Virus record (IMG/VR): IMGVR_UViG_3300018424_000013
Source: an uncultured virus (IMG/VR IMGVR_UViG_3300018424_000013)
Taxonomy: Duplodnaviria; Heunggongvirae; Uroviricota; Caudoviricetes
DNA: 20,000 nucleotides
Direction: 5' to 3' (one strand)
Shown here one piece after another: positions 8,748-18,210 of this stretch. Each line of letters begins with the position of its first letter. Within the stretch, counting starts at the first letter, position 1. Made by a program: the position numbers and the translations under genes. The notes under the pieces were generated by a model that saw nothing but the letters and a program-made list of their open reading frames with translations, ran no database searches and was not told where the DNA came from.

Positions 8748-9461
8748 CTAAACTTCTACTTTAACTACTTTTGTTATGCTAATATTTGTGTTTGTTTCTA
8801 TTATTTTTACTGGTACACTTATTTCACTATTAGCAGAATATGCAGCACTATATTGAGCATATATTTCTGATCTGTTTAATTGTACCGTTACTGTATCAGC
8901 CGTATTTACTGTTGGCGAAAAGCTTTGATCACCATCATATTCAGCCGCTTTTTTAAAACTGTTGTTAATAGTTTCTTCGCTGCTTCCCTCAGCCCGTAAA
9001 AATCTGCCATCATACTCTAGTCTAAATTTTCCATCAATGTTTTCCAATATTGTGCCAGCCTTCTTTTTCAAGTCAATAGTAAGTGATATTGCTTGAGGTG
9101 CTACACCTATTACACTGATTTTATTGTTCTGATTTGCAAATGATGCCTCTAAAAAGAAAAAATCCTGAGGCGTTTGAGCTATTTGAGTATTTTGATTAAA
9201 CTCACTACTTTCTAATGTTAGTAATTGATGTTTTAAGCCAGTGTTTGCACTAGTGCTAGCTTCAAAAATAGGCGTATTTTTTTCTATTTTTTCACGACCT
9301 ATTGTTTTTCCGTATTTTTTAATGATAGTATAATCAATTTCATCATCAAAAAAAGCATACTGTTGAATGCTAAAATTACCATCTGCTATTGCCTTTCGGC
9401 CGGCATCTGTTAATACAGCATCAATTAAAATGTTGTTTGTACTATGATCTAACAATCCCAT
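8748..9461 (-). CDS. Putative virion structural protein, 237 aa
   Basis: AGGAG SD; N-terminus DAVLTDAGRKAIADGNFSIQQYAFFDDEIDY resembles the N-terminal LTxxG motif of tail-fibre collar domains and is paralogous to the N-terminus of 16698-17624. Confidence 0.55.
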   Translation of the reverse strand: MGLLDHSTNNILIDAVLTDAGRKAIADGNFSIQQYAFFDDEIDYTIIKKYGKTIGREKIEKNTPIFEASTSANTGLKHQLLTLESSEFNQNTQIAQTPQDFFFLEASFANQNNKISVIGVAPQAISLTIDLKKKAGTILENIDGKFRLEYDGRFLRAEGSSEETINNSFKKAAEYDGDQSFSPTVNTADTVTVQLNRSEIYAQYSAAYSANSEISVPVKIIETNTNISITKVVKVEV

Positions 9462-9542
9462 ACGTATACACTCCTAAATTAACTTAATTTATCTATAAAT
9501 ATGCAAAAGTAAAAATAATAATCGTCGACAAAGCATTATTGT

Positions 9543-11276
9543 TTAAACTTCTTCTTCTAAATACAAATCTACTATTTTTTGTTGTTGGGTAAATATATCA
9601 ATTAATTGTACTTTATAATTTGGGTTAGCACTGTCTTTATTAACTTTTTTTGTTATTGTGTTGTTTTCTGGACAGTGATATATCTTTATATTTTTATATT
9701 TGCTAGCATTTAATGAATCTGATAAAAATATTTTATTGTCTAATCGATTGGGCACGTTGTTTATATACAAATTTGGTTGTTGCAATTGTGCACCTGACTG
9801 GCAAACAGTTTCCTTAACAAATATGTTAGTTGCGCTATTTATTCTAGAAAAGATTTGATTGGATAAATTAGATATGTTGCCTCGAGCATCATATGAACAA
9901 ACTGTAAATATATAATCTTCATCATCATTTATGTTGTAATTAAAACTAGTTACATGTCTAGTGCCAAAACTTTTCAAGTTTTGTGGCACGTCTTTTAAAA
10001 TATTGTTTATAGGGTTTTTGTATCCAACGCTATCACTAAAGTCAAAAGCTTTTATTAATTCAAAGGCATCATTTATTGTATTTCTTTTAAATATTAAGTA
10101 CCCTTTCGTATCATTAACACTTTGTCTAACGTTGTTTATTGTAACATTTGATTGCTGGTTTGGTACCCAGCTTATTTTTAAATTTTGCCCTACCGTTCTT
10201 TGCACTTTTACGTGAGGAGGGTTAGGTTTAATTACATCATCTGTAGTCACAGAAAATCTTTTAAAGTAACGTGATTCTATAACAGTAAACTTAAGCGTTT
10301 CAGCATTTTCGTTAAATATACTATATACAAAAACTGGAAATATTTCATACGTATATTTTTTACCCATTAATATATCATAGTCTTTATACGTATATTTTCT
10401 TCTTTGAAAAAGACTATACACCTCAGAAAATGAAACATTCCCCTTTTTAGTTTTTACATCGTTTAATCTGTATAAATTACTAACAAAGGTTACATCAATT
10501 AAACTATCGTTTTTCCCGGTTTTTGTTTCATATTTATATATATTGTAGCCAATTACTAATGGATTTGCAGCTAGATTTTTTAACCTTGCCACAGATACAT
10601 TACCCACCGGTAACGTAGTAAATCTTAAACTTATAGTATTGTTTTGATTTACATTTGAATTAGCAGTCGCATTAGCTTGTGCCTGTATTTCGAAGGCTTC
10701 TTGTACGCCAACAGAAGAGCTTTCATTAAAATTGGAAAATATATTGTTTGCAGCGTTTTGTGTCATTTGGCCTATAAAGTCAGCAGCTACATTATTTACG
10801 ACAGAAAATTCATCGATGTTTTGTGACTCTATATTTATAATTTCACCGGTAACCTGATTTATATTTTGTATTGGTGGTATAACGTTATTAGCAAAATCAA
10901 CTAAACTATATCTGTTTGAATTTGTGTCTGTGTTTCTAAAAATACTTTTTTGATCAATATGATCTAGAATATATTCAAAAAATTGTTTATTCGCATTGTT
11001 ATTTAAAAAATTGTCAGTAAAAACTTCGTATGCCGATGTTCCACGACTTATAACTACCGGTCTATCTAGTACTAGATTTGTGTAACGATATTTTTTTTGC
11101 ATATTTTCAGCATAGTCTACATATTCATTTTTATCATAAGTAACATAGACAAATTTTACTTCGTGATCACGAACTGTTACATCTGACTGATCTAGATCGA
11201 TGCTTAATACATTGTTAGATATTTCAGTAATAGCACCACTTATTGGCTCTCCTACATTTACTTTCTTTATACTCAT
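9543..11276 (-). CDS. Putative virion protein with fibronectin type III-like domains, 577 aa
   Basis: KPNPP...LKISW...KGYLIFKR...YIFTVCSYDARGNISNLS is an FN3-like pattern; an earlier IGYNIYK...YKDYDI..GKKYTYEIFPV looks like a second one; AGGT SD. Confidence 0.55.
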   Translation of the reverse strand: MSIKKVNVGEPISGAITEISNNVLSIDLDQSDVTVRDHEVKFVYVTYDKNEYVDYAENMQKKYRYTNLVLDRPVVISRGTSAYEVFTDNFLNNNANKQFFEYILDHIDQKSIFRNTDTNSNRYSLVDFANNVIPPIQNINQVTGEIINIESQNIDEFSVVNNVAADFIGQMTQNAANNIFSNFNESSSVGVQEAFEIQAQANATANSNVNQNNTISLRFTTLPVGNVSVARLKNLAANPLVIGYNIYKYETKTGKNDSLIDVTFVSNLYRLNDVKTKKGNVSFSEVYSLFQRRKYTYKDYDILMGKKYTYEIFPVFVYSIFNENAETLKFTVIESRYFKRFSVTTDDVIKPNPPHVKVQRTVGQNLKISWVPNQQSNVTINNVRQSVNDTKGYLIFKRNTINDAFELIKAFDFSDSVGYKNPINNILKDVPQNLKSFGTRHVTSFNYNINDDEDYIFTVCSYDARGNISNLSNQIFSRINSATNIFVKETVCQSGAQLQQPNLYINNVPNRLDNKIFLSDSLNASKYKNIKIYHCPENNTITKKVNKDSANPNYKVQLIDIFTQQQKIVDLYLEEEV

Positions 11277-11283
11277 TTTTTAC

Positions 11284-14200
11284 CTAATTTTTTATTTTAA
11301 CATAATCACTTTCTACATAATCTTCTAGTAAAACTGATATGGCTATATTGTTGTATTTGATATCTTTGTCACTAATATCTAGCTTGCATGCAAATATTCT
11401 GTCAAAAACAAAGCCTGAAGTTGTGTTATCAATAAACTTAGATGGGTTTATTAGTTGATTGTTTGATAAAACAAAATTATTCAAATCTATTTCTCCATCC
11501 ACTGTGTAATTTGGAATATACCTTTGATCTTTGTAAATTTTAATGTCAACATCATTTGGTGTGTAATCTTTGACACATTTAACACCTTTTTTCAGATTTT
11601 TGTTGACATAATTACGCTCATTAAAATCGATACCAGTACTGCTTAGTAAAAACTCTTTAATTAATCTAGATTCAATATTTTTTGGGTTTCTATCCCCAAC
11701 TAACACCGAAGCTTCTAAACCATTAAAAGAAATAGTCGTGTTGGGAGAGATAGAAAATTGCGTCAAATCAAATTTGAACTTATTCGAATAAACTTCATTT
11801 TTGTTAAAATCTGTGATGACAAAATTTAAGGTTATAACTTCTTTTTCCCGAGCTATTGAATATGGTATACCTACAACACATATTAATGCGTCACTAAAAT
11901 AATCTTTCAATTTTTCCTTTTTATCTAAATTCTGAATATAAGGAAAATCAGGAAAGTCCCCTTGTAGAAAATAATTTAGTTGCGGTAATGGTCTATTGTA
12001 AAACTTGTTCAGAATATTCAATCTAATCTGTTCAGCACTTATATAATCAAAATTTGCAATGTCAACTATACCAGTTTTTTCTCCAGACCCTCTTATCTCT
12101 TCTATTAAATCTGATTTTACAATAGAATCTAAAGCATCTCTAAAACTCTTAACTGTGTTTATTAAATCGTATAAGACTTTGAATCTTGTACTATTGATTT
12201 TGTTTCTTCTGCATAGTGCTTTTAATGATACAATGTTATATTGAAACTCTGCTTTTTCTGTAAAATAGTTACAATATATAACTGGTTTCAGATTTTCTTG
12301 AGAGTTGTAATATGCTGATCTAGAATAGTCGTCTAACACGCCAGCGTAAAAATAATTGTTTCTATCTAGACTAGTCGGAGATGTTTTGTTTTGAATATCT
12401 TGCAAAATTATTGTGGGCGGTATAGTGTCAGTGTCTGTGACTATAGCTTGTATTGTTTCATATACCGGCGCAGGAATTTTTAAATCTGTGTCTTCAAAAT
12501 TAATTTCTAAATATGTTTCTTTTTTAATTTTTTCAAATGAACCTAGGTCGCTTTCTATATTTTTATCGATATAATTCTTAAAATCTAAATTATCGGAATT
12601 GTAATTTTTAAATTTAGAAAACATTTCATATTGAAATGATGCATCAGCAATACGCATTCTGTTACCGGTTACCTGGGCGTATTGAAGAAGATCCGCTAAT
12701 CTTCTAAGTACTGCCGGTTCAGCGCTTTCGACATTAATTATTTCACTACCTATCGGAAATACTATATTAGCAAGATCAATCAAAGAAACAGGGGTGCCCG
12801 GGACCTTTGACACAATGTAATCATGATTAAATTTTAAAATTTGATTAAATAAGTAATTATTAAACCCATTAGCTCGAGCTGTTTTGTGAAACAGTAACCG
12901 CATTTGTGTGTCAAAATAAGCATTTTTATAGGGTCTGGTTATCTCTTTAAATTGTGGTATTGGTCCACTTGATTTTCCTTCATTTGATGAATCTAAGTTA
13001 CTAATACCCGACAAGTTAAGTTCTGAAACATTCGTTATATTTTTTATTTTAAAATCATACCCGGGGATATTAGTCATCAAGTTATATATTGTCGTGTTTA
13101 AATACATCGCTTTTGTATCAAACGGTGAGCTAGGCAAACTTTCCGAGATCATCCCCATATAATTATATGTTAGCAAAAAACTCATAGAAAGAATATAAAG
13201 TTTATCTTCTGCAGAAAAATCAGACAAAGGATATTTTACCACACTAGGGGCAATTTCATTGCTAATAATTAACTCAGCGATAGGATAGGATGCAGTCTTG
13301 TCGAAGGATGAAGACTTTTGTGCAGCAACAAGTATTGCCTTTTTGTTTAAGACACATATCCCTGCATCATCAATGCCGTTTTCACCTGGCAAATGTAGTG
13401 TTACAAACGCATCATTAGGCAAGTTAAGCATACGCTTAATATTTTCTTTAAATGTTTTTACTAGTGACTGCAAAGCAAGAATGTCATATTTGTTTAATTT
13501 AGTACTCAGACGTCCTATATACGTATTGAGAGTGACTACATCATTTTCGAGCGGGTCTACAAGTGTAACAATGTCACCGCCGCCATAATAAATAACTGCT
13601 TTGTTAAATAAAGCACCTACGCTATTTGGGCAAAACATATTGCATTCGTTGAATGCATCAGCAACTAAATCCGTTATGTTTCCCCCTATTTCAGTGTTAC
13701 CCATTTTTTCTAAGTAAGCAACATAATCTCCAAATGCTGGCTCAGACTTACTAGCAGTCCTAAAATAATTTATAAATTGTGAAAATAATAGCACTTCGTT
13801 ATATTCAAGCCTTTGTTTTATATCATTTTTAAAATTATTTACATCATTTTCTGCAAATGATATATACTCATTTAAAACAGCTATATCTGACTTATTACCT
13901 TCTAAGTAATTCTTGACTGTACGCTTAACAAAAAAAGTGCTCCCGATTGTTTTAAAACCAACGTTACTACCCTTTTTATCAAATATTCTTACTTTTGTTG
14001 AATCAAAAACCGGTTCTAAAAAATTAGATAAACTCGAGTTTTTAAGTGATACATCGAAACCCTCTTCAAGATCTATTTCTTCAAAACTAGTATTATCATA
14101 TATAGCCGAATTTAAAGCAGTGCTTTGTGCGTATATGGTATTTACCATGGTAGCTATCTTTTTAGTATTATCTAAAAAATTGTCATTGTTTCTCTGACTT

Positions 14201-14631
14201 GTGTTAATTAAACTATCTACTGTTTTATAAAATTTGCTAATTGCAAAATATATTTGTTTTTTTAATCTTATAATCTTATCAACTTCTAATTCATAGTTTT
14301 CGAAATTTTCCGTTAAAGTGCTTACCTCTTCTTCACCTAAAACAGCTAAATGATCAGCTAGCATGTTATATTTTTCTAAAAAATTAATCTGTCGCTTTTC
14401 ATATATTTCATTATCAAATATTTGCTTATTAGCTATTTCACTACTGACAAAACATGTAGATAATATAACTGGTCTATCTGCATATAGCCCAAAATCTATT
14501 AATTGACTATCACTAAATGTAGCTACAATATTGGTACTAACATTTTCAACTGTTTGAGAAAGTGATGTTAATATATTACTGTTTTTTTCATTACTGCTAG
14601 TATTAGCTTCATATATTTTTTTATATCCCAT
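11284..14631 (-). CDS. Large hypothetical protein, 1115 aa (possibly virion-associated by context)
   Basis: Long ORF with TAAGGA SD, closely spaced with its neighbours; no recognisable catalytic motif. The ORF is well supported but its function is unknown. Confidence 0.6.
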   Translation of the reverse strand: MGYKKIYEANTSSNEKNSNILTSLSQTVENVSTNIVATFSDSQLIDFGLYADRPVILSTCFVSSEIANKQIFDNEIYEKRQINFLEKYNMLADHLAVLGEEEVSTLTENFENYELEVDKIIRLKKQIYFAISKFYKTVDSLINTSQRNNDNFLDNTKKIATMVNTIYAQSTALNSAIYDNTSFEEIDLEEGFDVSLKNSSLSNFLEPVFDSTKVRIFDKKGSNVGFKTIGSTFFVKRTVKNYLEGNKSDIAVLNEYISFAENDVNNFKNDIKQRLEYNEVLLFSQFINYFRTASKSEPAFGDYVAYLEKMGNTEIGGNITDLVADAFNECNMFCPNSVGALFNKAVIYYGGGDIVTLVDPLENDVVTLNTYIGRLSTKLNKYDILALQSLVKTFKENIKRMLNLPNDAFVTLHLPGENGIDDAGICVLNKKAILVAAQKSSSFDKTASYPIAELIISNEIAPSVVKYPLSDFSAEDKLYILSMSFLLTYNYMGMISESLPSSPFDTKAMYLNTTIYNLMTNIPGYDFKIKNITNVSELNLSGISNLDSSNEGKSSGPIPQFKEITRPYKNAYFDTQMRLLFHKTARANGFNNYLFNQILKFNHDYIVSKVPGTPVSLIDLANIVFPIGSEIINVESAEPAVLRRLADLLQYAQVTGNRMRIADASFQYEMFSKFKNYNSDNLDFKNYIDKNIESDLGSFEKIKKETYLEINFEDTDLKIPAPVYETIQAIVTDTDTIPPTIILQDIQNKTSPTSLDRNNYFYAGVLDDYSRSAYYNSQENLKPVIYCNYFTEKAEFQYNIVSLKALCRRNKINSTRFKVLYDLINTVKSFRDALDSIVKSDLIEEIRGSGEKTGIVDIANFDYISAEQIRLNILNKFYNRPLPQLNYFLQGDFPDFPYIQNLDKKEKLKDYFSDALICVVGIPYSIAREKEVITLNFVITDFNKNEVYSNKFKFDLTQFSISPNTTISFNGLEASVLVGDRNPKNIESRLIKEFLLSSTGIDFNERNYVNKNLKKGVKCVKDYTPNDVDIKIYKDQRYIPNYTVDGEIDLNNFVLSNNQLINPSKFIDNTTSGFVFDRIFACKLDISDKDIKYNNIAISVLLEDYVESDYVKIKN

Positions 14632-14641
14632 TTAACATTCC

Positions 14642-16696
14642 TTAATAAGGCCAATTAACTTCAACTGTTTCTGAAAATGTCTTTTGTCCCTCAGGGGTTT
14701 CATATACGATGGTTATTTCGTAAGTTACAGTTTTAGTACCTTTCATGCTTTGCAATATTTCACCTACGTAAACAATGTCTTTATTATTAGTATTATCAGT
14801 ACTAATAACGCCAGCTTTCCAATCGTAAAAAGTAACACTGTTTTGCCCAACTGGTATTCGCAACTTAAATATGTTATTTACACCGGTAGGTACTGTAGAA
14901 TCTTCACTGGTGATTACGCAGTCCGCATCAATACTTAATATATTATAAGGTGCAACAAAATCAAATTTAGTATATCTTAATAATGGTATGCCCCCAGCAG
15001 CTGCATCGATATTATCCATATCAACAAAATAACTTGCCTCAGCATTGATACCAAACTCCGTTTCGACACCTACAGCTACACCTTCAATTGTTTCTACATT
15101 TTCAATATCAGACCCATTAAACATATATGTTTCATTGTAAGTTGCGTAATCAAAAAGAAACTGAAAATCCTGGATTGACGTGTGCGTTTTTGTCTCAATA
15201 GTAAATGGGTGTTCAAAACTTAAAGGATTATAAAGTTTAGTACCTAACGTATAATATGGTATATCATTGAGCTTATGATAATAGTACTGTGATAAAGGAA
15301 ATGATCCTAGCTTAAAATAAAATGTAGAATTAGCAAAGTTTGTAACACCCGGCAAAGAAGAAAACTGTTCGTATCCAATTTCAACTTCGTTTAAGCTTTC
15401 ATAAAAACTAGATAATATTCCAGGTTGTATTACACTCTGCAATGTACTAGCATCTGCCGAAACAGGATTAATATAAAATCTTCCTAACTCCCTAATTATA
15501 TTTTCTTGTTTGTCGTGTTGTTTTATGTCTAAAAAATAAAGTTCTTTTTTGTCTTTTATTGATGTAAGTATAGATTCATTTACAACAACAAGTTTTGATT
15601 CATCAATGTTATTTGGAAGCCAAGGGTTTGCTAAATTTACTAAAATTCCATCTGCAGATTTTGTTTTAGCCAATGTCGCACTAGTGTTGCTGTCAGTTTG
15701 CCATAAACATTTTAAGACTTGTCTCTTATAGGTTTTAGGCAATCTTTTAAAGTTTATTTCAAATGTTATATTTTGTGTTCGATTTACATTGTAGTTGTAA
15801 ACTTTCTGAATATCATCGATTAGTATTTTTACGCCGGCATATTTGTCAAAGGGGAGAGATGGTTTATTTTGAAGATTAATTTTGTATTTTTTATTGTTTT
15901 TTACAAAATATATTTCATACTCTACACCAGCAAACTGTTCCGCTACAGCATTGTTGTTGCCAGTATCGATAAAGGCAAAAATTAACTCTAAGCCGCTTGA
16001 TCTAAGCTGATTTATGGTACCGGAGAATCTAATTGCTGGTAAAAAACCAGGACCAATATTGAAGTCTAAACTTTCCGTTTGTGTGCCTAACGTGTAAGGT
16101 AATTCATGATTAAAGTTAGAAGATAAATTTGTAAAAGTTTTAAAATTTCTACTAATCACTGGACTGACACGGATATCTTGAGTTCTATCTGTTTTATTAA
16201 AATCTAGTACGGCTGTTCCTTTATTATTGTAAAAATTTAAAACCTCAGTTTCCGTAAAATTAAAAGGCCCAGAATTAATTGACGAGTAAATATTAAAGTC
16301 TATATTTTTGTTAACAGTAATCCTTTTTTTTAAACTTTCCCTATTAGTGATTGTCGATATATTTTTTACAGCTGTGCTATAACCTTCAGATTGATATTCT
16401 TTGTAAGCCAATCCTAATGTGTCTATAGTATTATCATTGGTAAATGTAGGTGGTAATCCTACACCTTCTGATAAGTTGACATCAAAATCTAAAGAATATT
16501 TTTCCAAAATAAATTCAACTACCTTATTATATAAATCAATTAACACTTGTTGTCCGACTATGGTTTTTTTATCCATTACGTCAATAGTGCCCAAAAAACT
16601 TTCTAATTCAGACAGCAGATCGCCTAAGTTCCCTTCTTCTCGAGCTTCTTCAATTAACTCTTCTACAGTGACTAATCCATATTGTGGTGCGCCCAT
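14642..16696 (-). CDS. Hypothetical protein, about 684 aa, beta-rich C-terminus (possibly virion-associated)
   Basis: Long ORF; ATG at 16696 (MGAPQYG), 1 nt after the upstream TAA, is preferred over the TTG at 16708 that lies inside the upstream gene. Confidence 0.6.
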   Translation of the reverse strand: MGAPQYGLVTVEELIEEAREEGNLGDLLSELESFLGTIDVMDKKTIVGQQVLIDLYNKVVEFILEKYSLDFDVNLSEGVGLPPTFTNDNTIDTLGLAYKEYQSEGYSTAVKNISTITNRESLKKRITVNKNIDFNIYSSINSGPFNFTETEVLNFYNNKGTAVLDFNKTDRTQDIRVSPVISRNFKTFTNLSSNFNHELPYTLGTQTESLDFNIGPGFLPAIRFSGTINQLRSSGLELIFAFIDTGNNNAVAEQFAGVEYEIYFVKNNKKYKINLQNKPSLPFDKYAGVKILIDDIQKVYNYNVNRTQNITFEINFKRLPKTYKRQVLKCLWQTDSNTSATLAKTKSADGILVNLANPWLPNNIDESKLVVVNESILTSIKDKKELYFLDIKQHDKQENIIRELGRFYINPVSADASTLQSVIQPGILSSFYESLNEVEIGYEQFSSLPGVTNFANSTFYFKLGSFPLSQYYYHKLNDIPYYTLGTKLYNPLSFEHPFTIETKTHTSIQDFQFLFDYATYNETYMFNGSDIENVETIEGVAVGVETEFGINAEASYFVDMDNIDAAAGGIPLLRYTKFDFVAPYNILSIDADCVITSEDSTVPTGVNNIFKLRIPVGQNSVTFYDWKAGVISTDNTNNKDIVYVGEILQSMKGTKTVTYEITIVYETPEGQKTFSETVEVNWPY

Positions 16697-16697
16697 A

Positions 16698-17624
16698 TTA
16701 TTTCTCAAAAATTATTGTAAATATTCTTATAAATTTCTGATACCCTCTGTTATCATACAAAAGCTTTCCAGCATAATATATCTTATGTGTAGGGTTACCA
16801 TATGGATCTCCAAATGATCCAACTTCTAGCAACACTAATTTATTTAGCTCATTATTCTGCGTATCAATTTCAAATACCTGACCTAACAAATCATTATAAT
16901 TAGTATTGTTAGTTATTTTTACTGCAGTAAAATTTTTCTCTGCCAATTTTTCTTTTTCATAAAAATCGTTAAAATCTAGATCCTTGTTTTGAGATAAAAG
17001 ATTTTTAAATTTGCCGAAGCTTTGCATACTGCCATTTGAAGCTTTGAATACCGGTGGCATATATGCATGAGTTAAACTGTTTCTAAATTTATTGTCATTC
17101 AACAAACCCGGTGCATTAAAAACATCAACTTCCTCTAAAGGGCTGACAACTGCTGGCGTATATCTATTACCGTTGGTTTCTATAGCAAACTCACCAATGC
17201 CACTTAACTCATCATCAACGCCTAATGCATCTAGTTTATAAAACGCATCAAGACTTTTACTGAATATCTCTTCAGAAGCATCATATAAATCACCTGAACC
17301 AGTAACCGGGAAATTTCCATCTTCTGTTTGTTTTAACAAGAATCCATTTTTTATTATAAAATTTGATGTTTGTTCATAGCTAATCGTACCATCGATGTTA
17401 TCTATCTCAGGTATAATAGTATCATAAACATTACTAAAGGCTTCAAATGAAATATGGTTTGATACATCAGCAGCAGTTTTGCCATCATCACTTATATACT
17501 CTATGTCTCTATCAGAATAACTTATATATTTTACATTAAAAGTACCATTACGCAGCTGTCTTCTACCATTTTGCGTAATAATAACATCCATTATTCTTTG
17601 TTTTTTATTTAATATACCAGCCAT
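16698..17624 (-). CDS. Putative virion structural protein, 308 aa
   Basis: AGGA SD; N-terminus MAGILNKKQRIMDVIITQNGRRQLRNGTFNVKYISYSDRDIEY aligns by eye with the N-terminus of 8748-9461. Confidence 0.55.
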   Translation of the reverse strand: MAGILNKKQRIMDVIITQNGRRQLRNGTFNVKYISYSDRDIEYISDDGKTAADVSNHISFEAFSNVYDTIIPEIDNIDGTISYEQTSNFIIKNGFLLKQTEDGNFPVTGSGDLYDASEEIFSKSLDAFYKLDALGVDDELSGIGEFAIETNGNRYTPAVVSPLEEVDVFNAPGLLNDNKFRNSLTHAYMPPVFKASNGSMQSFGKFKNLLSQNKDLDFNDFYEKEKLAEKNFTAVKITNNTNYNDLLGQVFEIDTQNNELNKLVLLEVGSFGDPYGNPTHKIYYAGKLLYDNRGYQKFIRIFTIIFEK

Positions 17625-17656
17625 AACAACAAATCCTACTAGATCTTAATTATACA

Positions 17657-17697
17657 AAAGATGAAAATTGCGTGTTTAACTAACAACTTTCATCTTT
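17657..17697 (-). terminator. 14-bp stem-loop (possible terminator or processing hairpin) covering the stop of the 42-aa ORF
   Basis: Minus RNA AAAGAUGAAAGUUG - 13-nt loop - CAAUUUUCAUCUUU; all 14 positions pair, with one G-U that pairs only on the minus strand. The U-tail is short, so termination is uncertain. Confidence 0.45.
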
Positions 17698-17804
17698 CTT
17701 ATATCACTAATTTTAACCGGCCTTTCACCAACACCAGCTCGCGATTTATATAGCTTTCTAGGTCTGTCTCTATTCAACTCAATAGCTCTATTCACTCTCA
17801 TCAT
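17676..17804 (-). CDS. Basic 42-aa ORF (MMRVNRAIELNRDRPRKLYKSRAGVGERPVKISDIRKMKVVS), probably a frameshifted C-terminal extension of 17788-18117
   Basis: Open frame fills the apparent intergenic gap; it starts at the last A of the A10 run in the +1 frame of the upstream gene; no SD. Confidence 0.5.
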   Translation of the reverse strand: MMRVNRAIELNRDRPRKLYKSRAGVGERPVKISDIRKMKVVS

Positions 17805-18117
17805 TTTTTTTTTGACTTTGTTCGAGTTTACCGAGCACCTCTTCCAATATTGCTATCTGATTTTTATATTTTTTATTGACTTCCACAATCGTAGCTAAAC
17901 GATCATCAACAGCTGCAACAACATCACCAAGTGAATTAGCCAAGATTTCTATTTTTTTATCGATAGAATCACTAGTGTTAGCAGCACCAATTCCGCTTTG
18001 AGCAATTTGCAAAACTTTTTTCGATACTTCTTTTAAAATATTTTCAGCATTATTCTCTTCTGATTGAGAAATTTCTATTTTTTGAATTGAATCATGTAAC
18101 AATTTAACGTTATCCAT
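17788..18117 (-). CDS. Small coiled-coil hypothetical protein, 109 aa (146 aa if joined to the +1 ORF)
   Basis: GAGAGGGTGA SD-like sequence just upstream; heptad-like helical sequence; A10 tract near the 3' end. Confidence 0.7.
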   Translation of the reverse strand: MDNVKLLHDSIQKIEISQSEENNAENILKEVSKKVLQIAQSGIGAANTSDSIDKKIEILANSLGDVVAAVDDRLATIVEVNKKYKNQIAILEEVLGKLEQSQKKNDESE

Positions 18118-18151
18118 ACGTCACCCTCTCTATTAAAATAAAAAATCATAC

Positions 18152-18181
18152 AAAAAAAATGAGGTGCGTAAACACCTCATT
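18152..18181 (-). terminator. Rho-independent terminator after the 550-aa gene
   Basis: Minus strand AATGAGGTG-TTTACG-CACCTCATT followed by TTTTTT, starting about 30 nt after the stop codon at 18211. Confidence 0.85.
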
Positions 18182-18210
18182 CCATACTTTTTAATAATTT
18201 TTATAAAAAA

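Noticed and set aside
9511..9544. Weak inverted repeat AATAAT...ATTATT around GTCGAC after the 577-aa gene
   Set aside because: The stem is AT-only and too weak to call a terminator in AT-rich DNA.
1597..16817. Short plus-strand ORFs (60-132 aa) in the ORF track
   Set aside because: All lie antisense to long minus-strand genes and have no recognisable motifs; they are shadow ORFs.
17676..18117. Classical lambda G/GT tail-assembly chaperone call
   Set aside because: The required shift is +1/-2 rather than the usual -1, and no tail tube or tape-measure gene is adjacent. It is kept only as a generic slippage candidate.
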